Assembly: GCF_011745625.1 (NCBI RefSeq)
Contig: NW_027191453.1
Span: forward strand, 1,116,001 to 1,180,000
Direction of reading: 5' to 3'
DNA from: Cladosporium halotolerans
Taxonomy: Eukaryota
Length of the DNA stretch: 64,000 bases
Below the pieces are notes generated by a model, which did not search any database, had not been told where the DNA came from, and saw only the letters and a list, made by a program, of their open reading frames with translations. The position numbers were made by a program, and so were the translations under genes. Each line of letters begins with the position of its first letter. Within the stretch, counting starts at the first letter, position 1. Shown here piece after piece: positions 32,468 through 42,499 of this stretch.

Positions 32468-33241
32468 TCAATCGTCGTCCTCCTGCGGCAGCGGCGCTAG
32501 CACATCCATGCCTTCGAAAACGTTCGGGTCTTCCTCGAAGTATGGGAAGCGTAACGAGCGATAGAATTTGTCCATTGCGTCAAGCAATCCCGTCAGCTCT
32601 CCTTCTTTGAATTGCCCACCGGGATAGTAGCCCCTCGTACACATCCTCCTGCAAGTGCTCATGAGCAGAGGAATCCCACTCTGCGTCAGATGCCTGAGAG
32701 TCCCCTCGCTGTGCTCGATGTAAAGCTCACAGACGAACGTGTGTGAACCAAAATACTCCGTCGCAGGCCCACAATCGTCCTTGGGATACCGGCCCTGCGG
32801 CATTTCCGAAACCTGCATGCCCAAAGATCGCAGGAACTCTTTGTCCAGCTCGTTGTACCAGCCTTCTTGTGCGTAGACCTCAATCTTACTACCATCGCTC
32901 CGCTGCTCTTGCAAGTATGCCACCGTATCCGCAAACATGGCAAACTGCTCCATCGTGCGCTTGCGACAGTCGAAGTTGTCGCGGCTGAAGCTGCCAGTGC
33001 CTAAGCATACGGCCTTGTTGATCTGCCAGCCGCTATCGGGGCGGAAGTGGGCGAGAGTGCGGTGCAATTGCTGGCGCGCGGAGCTTCGCTTCCAGATTTT
33101 GGTCTTTGCTTCGAAGTCTTTGGTGATGTCGGATAGTGTTGCATCTTTCATCGAGCGGGGGTTTTGGTGGACGGTGGGCTTGGGAGCTTTCGAGTTCTTC
33201 TTGCGAGGGACTGTGCTCCATCCGTCGTCGGGATTGGCCAT
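32468..33241 (-). CDS. SRR1-domain protein
   Basis: GWSTVPRKK N-terminus, KAVCLGTGSFS, EQFAMF and YAQEGWYNELDKEFLRSLG match the SRR1/Ber1 pattern (CLGxGS...Q...xDPxF...D..FL..LG). Confidence 0.75.
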   Translation of the reverse strand: MANPDDGWSTVPRKKNSKAPKPTVHQNPRSMKDATLSDITKDFEAKTKIWKRSSARQQLHRTLAHFRPDSGWQINKAVCLGTGSFSRDNFDCRKRTMEQFAMFADTVAYLQEQRSDGSKIEVYAQEGWYNELDKEFLRSLGMQVSEMPQGRYPKDDCGPATEYFGSHTFVCELYIEHSEGTLRHLTQSGIPLLMSTCRRMCTRGYYPGGQFKEGELTGLLDAMDKFYRSLRFPYFEEDPNVFEGMDVLAPLPQEDDD

Positions 33242-34319
33242 GATGGTAGATAGCTCGTTCGGTATGGAAAGGTGGGAAGAGGTCGAGCTGGGCGGGAAAG
33301 CTTTTGGATCTCGGTTCCTGCAGTTTGGAAAGTTCGCTACGGATTTGAGTCCATATACGGGTGAGTTTAGCGATTCCTGCTGTCTCACGTCCGTCGCAAC
33401 TTCTTGTGATCGTATGCGTCTCGTCGCGCACCGCGGACGTGCATGCACACAAAGCTCGTGAGGACCTGAATGGCGCGCTGATCGACATGTGAAACTGCAT
33501 TTCCAGGGTCTCTGCGAACATTCTGAGCACGGACCAAGCCGGGGCTTTGTTTGCGAGTTCTCTCACTTGTTGCAGACAGAGTAGGTCAGGTACCTTACGT
33601 TTAAATGCTATAGGCAGTATCTAGAGACAATCCTGGAAGGGTCGCCAATCTGCTCGCTTCAACGGCCTGCAACCCCTTCATAATCTCCCGTCGATTTGTT
33701 TAGGTTTGGATTTGAACCCATTGCGACCTGATCGTCCTCCATAATTATTGTAGGCAGGCAGTGGTTCGCATGTCCTGTTAGGCACTGTATCGGTTTAGAC
33801 GTGACTGGAGAAACCTAACGGTCGTACTTTAACTGGGCCCATGACGGCAAAAGACCCTTTGTTGTGGCACACATCTAATGAATAAGAGATAAGGTATGCT
33901 TCGACTCGCCGGACTTCGGCTCCTTGCTCGACGAAGTCTTCGTCACGCGGAACGACAGCTTCCCTGTCGGGGGCGAGGTCGATGGGGACTTAGTGGCGAT
34001 TATTAGTGCTCTGGGAGATGGTGAGGCAATTATGATCATGGGAAGCAATAGTGAGCTTGGCGAAGGTCAGATCGGATTGGTGACCATAGCATTAGTGGTA
34101 GTAGTGGCGTCATTCACGATGGTTCATGAGAGGAAGATATCAGGTGAAATGCTTAGAAAGATAAGAAAATCAAATTGCAACTCAAAGAGATTGTAAGGTA
34201 AATACCAAAGACAGATCAAGGAAAATCCGGAAGACAAAGGAAAACCGCGCAGACTTGCCGTGCCGATCGGGGAGTCTTCCCCTGAACTCACCACTGTTCC
34301 ATTCTCCTCGTCTAGGGAC

Positions 34320-35504
34320 TTAGTCGAAACGATGAGCGTACTCCTCGTTGACCTTCTCCATGCTTACCGTGAGAGTGTTCTTCGCCATCTTGCGAGAAGC
34401 CACGCGCTCCGGCCTCAGAGCCCTGATGTCCGGGTTAGAGGCGGGAGTCTCGGAATTGCTGTAGCCAATAGTGATGGTGCCGAACTCCTTGCCGGTAGTA
34501 GAAACAGTGACGGGGGATTCGGACTTGACTTCGAGGATGAACTCGCAGTCGTCCTCGTCCTCGTCCTCGTCCTCGGTCTCCTCCGTGGAGTTAGAACTCG
34601 GGGCGGGAGCCTCGGGCTTGTACCCGATGGTGATGTTGCCAAATTGGGAAATGGCGCTGCTCATGCTGCTGGCCTCGGCCAGCCGCTGCTCCGAAGAACA
34701 AGATTCGGCGGAAGCGTACAGAGCCTCGGCCCCGGGGTAATCGGCGAGGAAGGCGGCGCGCTCACGGGCGAAGAAAGCCTCCAGTTCCTGCTGCGTGGTG
34801 CGGATGAGCTGCTTCGCAGCAAGGATGTTAGCCCTGGTCATGGGCTGCTCGAGGATCTCGCGGCCCTTGGCGGAGTCGCGGAGGACGGCGAGCTCTTCCT
34901 TACCCCATCCCTTCTCGAAGGATTTGATGCCTTCGACCATGTTGAAGCGGGCGCCCGGGGCGCGGTAACTGTTGTGAGTGAGTTTGAAAGTAGTCTGCTG
35001 CAGAGCGATCAGCTTGCGCTGGATCGCGGCGTTCCGGGCGGTGGCCTCGTTACCAAGAGTCGCAGCCTGCCAGTGCGTCGCGCCCATAGCTGGGCAATCC
35101 TTGAGCTGATTGAGCATTGCAAGAACACCACGTTGACCGAGGTAGCGACTCGCGGCGTTGTGACGAGAGTTGCTATCGCTGTTAAGCAGAGCCTCAGTGA
35201 TGTCCTTGGAGCAACCAGTAGCCTCAATGTCCTGAGGGAGCATGGGCTCAGCCATGCTAAACTCCCGCAGAGCGCCGTCGGCATTCATACCGGCAAGCTG
35301 AAGCTGCATCTTCATGTCCTTCATGATTTTGTGCTCGCGCTCACCATAGACCGCCTTAATACCGGTGTCACCGTTTGAAGCCGCAGCACGGCATTCAGCA
35401 TTGCTGCAAGGACCGATGGTAATCTCGAAGGGGGATCTGTCGAGGTCAAAGATCTCATTCTTGGTCTCAGTATGACCACAAGAGAACAAGACACTCACCG
35501 TCAT
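34320..35504 (-). CDS. Orphan protein with an N-terminal CGH...CxxxxC motif, helical core and duplicated FGxITIGY motif
   Basis: Open frame 34320-35654. The likely ATG is 35504 (MTVSVLFSCGH), with 35555 as an alternative. The 3' end may be spliced (GTAAGC at 34367). Confidence 0.6.
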   Translation of the reverse strand: MTVSVLFSCGHTETKNEIFDLDRSPFEITIGPCSNAECRAAASNGDTGIKAVYGEREHKIMKDMKMQLQLAGMNADGALREFSMAEPMLPQDIEATGCSKDITEALLNSDSNSRHNAASRYLGQRGVLAMLNQLKDCPAMGATHWQAATLGNEATARNAAIQRKLIALQQTTFKLTHNSYRAPGARFNMVEGIKSFEKGWGKEELAVLRDSAKGREILEQPMTRANILAAKQLIRTTQQELEAFFARERAAFLADYPGAEALYASAESCSSEQRLAEASSMSSAISQFGNITIGYKPEAPAPSSNSTEETEDEDEDEDDCEFILEVKSESPVTVSTTGKEFGTITIGYSNSETPASNPDIRALRPERVASRKMAKNTLTVSMEKVNEEYAHRFD

Positions 35505-37215
35505 GCTGCTCTGACCGCCACTAGGGGCCGCAAAGAAAGGATGGAAGCTCCCCATTCCAAAGTGGACCTGCCTACTTTGATTGGGGAGGAAGAGGTGTTG
35601 GTTAGTTTGAGAGCAGTGAACACTCGATTGCAGAAGCAGAAGTTGTAGTTCCAACCTTTGCTAGGCAGTAGAGAATGTTTCGCTGGCTGACCTGGTCACC
35701 GTGCCGCTCCAAACATGCCATCTTATACCATCCCTCGTCGATTGCCAATGCGGACTTCGCAGTATCACAATGCATTGATCGTGCTCGACCTGCATGGAGC
35801 TAGATAGCAGCGCGATCTTCTTTGTTTCCTACAATGTGTTGCTGTGCTCGAGTCAAAGAGACGGGTGTATGATTAAAAGAAGGTTCTTTGTCCATTGTGT
35901 TCAACATATCGTCCGTGGTAGCCAGACACGGTCACGTGACATCGAGGTTGTCAGTATATCGTCGGTCACCGGCATACAGACTGCACGACCAGCTTGGCTT
36001 GCTTCACATTGCCCGAGATCACCTGGAAGAACAATGTGCCGCTGTATCTGCAAGCACTGTCCTGTGTGAGTCTCGATAGTTGCGAACTCAGGCGTCCTAG
36101 CTTCGGCGCGCTAGTGTCGAACCCTCAACGGGTGAGATCGTCGGTGTTTTATTTTTCTTGGAAATATATTTGATGTACTGTTGTGATTGTACCAGACCAT
36201 TGCAGCACAGTATGAGAAAGTACGTACAGTGTGGCGCGCGATGAGGGACCCTCCGTGATATGCGTGGGCGCGTGCTAGTGGTAGCAGCCCCTAGAGGAAC
36301 TCCCGCGGCGGGCAGACAAATTGTTGGATATGCTTTTGCCGGTGGGTGTCAGAGTTGCAGACGTCTCGAATCGTTGCCCTGTAGTGGTCTCGACTCGCGA
36401 GCGCGCTCGGGCTCTGACGACACAGCCATCCAGGGAAAAGGAGCGCGGGCCCCGCGAGCCGCTTGCGACTAACGGCGCCTCGCATGTCATGCCCGGCCGT
36501 GCGGGAGCGGGTGAGGCGCGCGCGCCTGCCGCGGGAGTCGTTGCAAGGTAAAAAACAGGGATTCCGCACGCAATGCACGTGACGTCGGTCGATGTAAGTG
36601 AGGCGGGCGGAGTGCGGTGACGAGGGCGAGTGCAAGTGCAGAGTCCAGGCGCGGGCAGGCGAACGGCAGGCGCGGCCAGGGTCGAGGAGATGCGGGAGAC
36701 ACACCAGGCTCATCACCAGCCGGACGGTCGCCAGCACTGACGCGGATCTGCGCGCGCTAGTGTGTGCACGCCCGGCGCGATCGTCTGCGGCGAGACGAGA
36801 CACGCCAGACGCCTGAACGACGACAACCGCTGCCACGTCGCACCCAAACATCGCACACACCCACGCTCCGCCGCCCACCACCCCGTCGTGCGCCCGCCAT
36901 TCTTCTCCCGCCCGCCTGCATTCCTCCTCCACCCTCCGCCCACCGCCCCGTCACCGCCCTCCCACCCGCGCCGCCGCACGCCGTACCGCCGTCTGCGCGA
37001 GCGTGTGTGAAGCTCTCCACGGCTCAATCCCACTTTAGCTTTGCGATGATGGCACCCACCGCCGCTCGCTGATCGCCGCCCCGTCGCCCGCCGCATACTT
37101 TCGTCCATCCCTTTCGGGCCGTCGTCGACGTATTTCGCATACACTCCATCACCACCGCTGTTCTCCAGCGCCCCAGGCTCTCTGCGCCTGATCGCATCTC
37201 GTCGCGATGCCTAAC

Positions 37216-40200
37216 ATGTTCTCGCGACGGCGAGGCAGCTCGGCCAACCCGGTACGTCATCCACCACAATTCGAGCAGCCTGCCAATGCGGCCTCCCATC
37301 CTCTGCGCCTCTGCATACCGCACCTAGCAAGGACTAACAAAGGAACAGCCAGTTGACCGAAACACCACCGCTGCCGCTGCCACAGCTGCCAGCTCTGCCT
37401 TTCTCGGCCGCGCACAGTCTCAGACCGGACTGTCCTCCGCCGCAGCTGCGGCAGCCTTGCGATCACACACCACCACGCCGGAGAACGTAGGAAATGTGCA
37501 GACCAAACGCATGGTTCGCAGAGGCTCGCAGACCTCGATTGGTAGCGGGAGTGTCATCGGGAGCGGCGTAAGAGGCGGCGTTGGACGAGGTGGCCTGCAG
37601 AGAAACAACAGCAGTGGCTCCATGACCGAGCGCACATTCAGGTCACCTTCTCCTGGCCGTCCTCAAAGCGCAATGTCCGCCGCTCCCGAGGCTCCGCCTG
37701 TGCCTAAACTCCCTGCCAGCATGCGCGGCCACCAGCGCTCCGCAAGCACAGAACCGCCTCAGCGCATGATGTCGCCAACACCTCGAGGAAGCGCCCGCGG
37801 CGTGAGCGTAGATCGCGCCAACAGTACCATGGCTAAATCTGGGCGCAAATACAACACTTTACCCGATGTTTTGGAGGTGGAGCGACAAAACAGCGTCAGC
37901 TCCGTCAACTTCTCACGCCCCATGTCCGCCCAAGGTCACTCACCCGTGTCGGCCACGTCGCCCGGAAAATCTCAGGGGTCGTGGTTCGCCGGGCCGACGG
38001 GCACCCTCAGCGACAAACCTACGCCTAAAGCCAATGGCGTAAACGGCACGCGCACACAGGACACGAGTAGCATACAGAACAAGGTCGCTTCCGCCGCCAG
38101 CAAGCCTACGAAGAAGAAGCAGATGGCAAACAACGCTCAAGGCAGTCATCTGGCACAATCAAATGAACAGACCGCACAAGAGGAAATAGTAGACCCCGTC
38201 ATGGTGTACGATCCGGCCAGTCGTACATTCATCACCAAGCCTCGTTCGCTTGAAAAGAAGCCTGAGCCACCCGCGCCGACTCTTGCAACTCCCTCGGTGC
38301 CAAAACCAGGTGAATATGATCCGAACACAAGGACTATCGTACCTGCACTACCGCCACAGCAACCCAGTATTGTCGTCACTGGCGGCGACAATCCGGCGAG
38401 ACGGGGCAAACCAACCCTGCCCGCTGTTAACACACAATTTCAGCCGCCACCTCGTAACCCTGCCCGTACGGAACAAGCTCCCGCATCCCCTCGCGCGGCT
38501 GGTATTCTTCAGAAGCAACCATCAGTCGTTCGGGAAGACCCAGAGGGTGAAGAGGAGGCTGAGGGTGGAGCGCGGGCCAAGACTTACACCAGACCGACGA
38601 ACGGGTATTCAAAGTCGCCGATCCGACCGACAAGCATCGCTGTGACACCTACTGGATCTCGCATTCGATCGGAAAGCTTGGACGTACCTCGGTCCGGTTC
38701 TGTGAGCAGTGGTCGTGGAAGAAACAACTCGAATAGCCCTGTCCGATCGGCTCACTTCTCCGCCACGCCTGTGATGGAAGCGACGCGACACGATCCACCC
38801 GAGCGAGGAACATCCCCTGCCAAGTCTGCCATGAAGCATTCGCCAGCGTCTTCGATTCGCACCGGATCACCCATGGCTGTGGCTACGTCACCTCACAGGA
38901 AGGCCATGAGTGATACTTCGGACACGCCCTCTCTCGATGGTGTTCCCAAGAAAAAGAAGAGTGTCCGTGTTAGCTTCACGGACCAGCCCGAGAAGATCGA
39001 ACTACCAGAAACGCCTGCCTCTCGCGGACAGGTGCCTCGGGAGGTATCGCCTATCGTCGACGACGATATGGAAGAGATCATGAAGCCTCGACCTGCCTTG
39101 CCATCTTTCGGCAGTGTTCGCCAGAACAGAATGCAGCAAGAGGTGGCTGAGAAGGTTACAGAACGACCGCCCGACCGCGGCAACGACTCTAGCAGCGACC
39201 ACGCCATCGGAGGCATTTTGGCTCAGAACTCAGCAAAATCTGGCTCGGACCCAGTGCCGCCCGAGGTCACTTCTAGAGATGGTCCGAACTACAGCAGTGA
39301 CGAAAGCGAGGACGAGGCCGCCCCGGCTACGGAGATGGACGCAGGTAAGGCGAGCGCCAAGGCGGTGTCCGAACAAGTTGTCGGACCCACGCCCGCATCG
39401 GCTGCGGAGAACGAGGAGGAACACGTTCCTGAAATCAGCCTGCAACCTCCGACACCCGGCGAGGAGGACAAGAAGTTGGAGCCTGCGCCTCCTCGTGCGG
39501 AATCACCGCCGTCTCAGCGCTCGTCTCTGGAGATGTATACGGTTCCCGGCGGCTGGAAAGCAGAGCCCAGCGATGACGTGCCCAAGGTCGCACCTGTGGC
39601 TGTTGACCCACCAAAGACTGAAAACCAGCAAGATGCCAGAAGCGTTGCGGACAGGGTTTTCAATGCGCCGGTGTCGCAGACAGAACCTCCTGTCTTGGCC
39701 GAGGCGTACGATCCCGCCACTGCCCTGAACCTCAGCGATATCGCCGAGTCCGACTCCGACGACAGCGCTGTCTTCAGTGACGCGGCGGAAGATCTCTCGG
39801 ATCTGGACGAGACTGGCTTCGCTTCCCTCGATGCGATTGTCGAGAGCCCGATCTCGAAGCCAAAGAAGGAGAAGCAGCCTGAGAGCCCTTCTGCACGCCA
39901 GGCAGAGAAACAGGCCTCCAAGGAGGAGACACGCGCTGCGGTCGCAGACTGGAGCGCCGCTACTTCTTACTGGAAGCAATTGAGCAAACAGCAGCGCGAC
40001 CAGATCGAGCGCAACCACCTCTCTTCGGACGATGAATACCGCCCGCTGCCTAATTCTCTTGCCAACAGGCCGAAGAAGAAAAAGTCGGCCCTGAAGCAAT
40101 CCACGTCCGTAGAGCAAGTGGACGCCGTGATGAACCCGCCAGCTGCCAAGCAGCCGCCCGCGCAGCCCGCTAAGACGACGATGAGGAAGAGCATGCGCGG

Positions 40201-41890
40201 TCCGCCCGAGCCGGCTCCGGCTCCGGCACCTACTACCGGCGGTGTGCAATTGCGATCATCCCTTCGCGAGGGCGGCGGAGGAGGCATGAGGACAAGCATG
40301 CGCAGCAGGCCTCAATCCGAAATCGTGGCTTCCAAGACTTCGCAGAGACAGAATGCCAGGCCTTTGTCGAGCGGTTCCTCGCTGCCTACTGCGGCTGCTG
40401 GCGGAGCTATGACGATGCGTCCGCAGAGTCCTGAGGAGATTTCTCAGGATGGTCCATTCCCCAGACTGGAGCCGTCAAAGCCACAACCGCAGCAGAAGCA
40501 GCAGCAGCAAACTGCGAGTGCGAAGCTCGCTCAGAAGATGCCACGGCCGCCCAAGCCTGCGGACGACTCGGATTCGGAGAGCAGCTTCAAGAAAAAGCGC
40601 AGGCCATCGCAGGCCAGTGCGGATGGCTCGGGCAAGTATGCCATGCGCCGCAGCATGCGTGCCATGTCGATCGATAACGAGCAGCGCCGTCCCACTTCGC
40701 CAAACCCTCCTCCGAAGGACCGACGGGCCTGGAGCGTGCGGTCGCTTTCGCCCACAGGCTCCTTCTTCGGCCGCAAGCAGTTGAAGGAGTCTATGCGTGC
40801 TCCGCCCGCGGAGCCCGCCGGCAAGACGCTGCGCGGTCCCAACTCCATGCGCAATGTGAAGAGCAAGGCTCCGGCCAAGGCTCCTCCGCCTGGGCCGAGA
40901 GCGAGAGCGTCCACGGGCGGCATGGCTTCCAAGTTCAAGTCTCGATTCGCGGATTCTGACGATGAGGACGACCGTGAAAGAGGACAGAAGTCCTCGTTCT
41001 TCCGCAGTCGTTTTGCTGACTCGGATGATGACGAGCCTAACAGTCCTACCGTTATACCTGCTGATTTGACGCCGGTTCGTGGCATCCCTAGGAGGCAAAA
41101 CCAGCAGGACGGCGACTCTACAGACCTCTCGGACGAGGACGACGAACGTCGCCCGTCCTCTCGCGCGCGCACCAAGCAATCCAAGCCCATGGTCCCCGAC
41201 TCCGCCGACGTCGAGAAAGCCATGGCCGCCGCCCGCCGCAACCTAGGCATGACAAACGGCAACACCACCGCTTCCACCGCTGCCGCCCAACAGCCCGCCC
41301 AAGGCAGCGCCCTCTCCAAAGGCAGCCTGCGCAAACCCGAGCCCGAACGCCCTCAAAGCCCAGCAAGCCTCTCCGCCCCGAAACGCCGCGGCTTCATGGG
41401 CAGCATCCTGCGCCGCAGCCGCACCTACAGCAACACGTCCCAGCAGCCCGCTCTGAACTCCCCCCCACCACCCCTCCCCACCGGCCCCGCAAGCCCCCGC
41501 CCAGGCAAACTCCAGCGCCGCACCTCGACCGCCACCCAGCAGGACCGCGACTACTTCTCCAACACCAACCCCAAGACCCCCGCCCCCGGCCCGGGCGACG
41601 CCAACTGGCCGCTCCCCGCCTCCGGCTCGCCCCGCCCCAACACCTCCGACGGCCTCGACCGCCACGAGCAGGCCGTGCGCCTCGCGCGCAGCATGCGCCC
41701 GGACATCGGCGGCAGGAGCTACAGCAATTCCGAGGGCGCGATCGCGGACGCGAGTGCCAACGGGGGCCACGCGCACGTGGGGTTTGCGGAGGGGGTCAAG
41801 GAGGCTGATGGCAAGGGGGTGTACAGTGCGAAGACGGGGAAGAAGAAGAAGTTTGGGATGTTGAGGAAGGCGTTTGGGTTGAATGATTGA
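37216..41890 (+). CDS. Large disordered S/P/R-rich protein with a basic amphipathic C-terminus (Seg1-like eisosome protein, tentative); exons 37216-37251, 37349-41890
   Basis: Intron GTACGT...GACTAAC...CAG gives MFSRRRGSSANPPVDRNTTAAAATAASSAF in frame with the 1477-aa ORF. Contains MRxS[ML]R repeats and ends in KKKKFGMLRKAFGLND. Confidence 0.85.
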
Positions 41891-42499
41891 GTTGATGGGG
41901 AGTCGTAATGTGTAATTTATGAGGTTGGGTTGGATCGAGGGAGAGAGAGAGAGGAGAGATGGGGAGAAGCGTTCCTTTGGTTTTGTGCTTTTTTCTTTTC
42001 TGGTTTTTTGTTCTTTTGCTTATTTCGCTTTGGTAAACGAGACGGCTGGGATGAGACGGCTTTGCGAAGAGGCGGGGGTTTTCTTTTCGGCTTGGATGAT
42101 GGTCTCTTTTTTTTCTGATTTTGGATATACCACTGGGGCTCGCGGCTCGGCTGGGTTGTCCAGGACGTTCGCCTCGACTGGCTGAGGAGGGATTGGGTTT
42201 TCTTTGTTGGGAGGGGAATGTATCAGAAACGAGGGTGGGAGCCTGAGGGTTGGTAGGATAGTTTGGATAGGTAGGAGGGCACAGAACGAGATGAAGCGCA
42301 TTTTTGCTCTTTGGTGAAGGAGTTACGCGCACTGATGTACCCTTGATTGTTGTTCCTTTCGTGGAGAGGTGGAATCATACATGATGTAGGAACATGGACG
42401 GGACAGGCAAGAGAAGACCGTGAGTATCATCAACGCTACAGGAGCAAGCCACTAGCCCAAAGCGTTCTTACAGGCATTCCAAGGCCGTGAACTAGGGAA

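Noticed and set aside
34260..35378. 372-aa plus-strand ORF
   Set aside because: Non-ATG start and antisense to the more protein-like minus-strand ORF.
35931..35940. GTCACGTGAC palindrome (also 59771; TCACGTG at 14269)
   Set aside because: Common Cbf1/bHLH-type promoter element; isolated copies carry no specific information.
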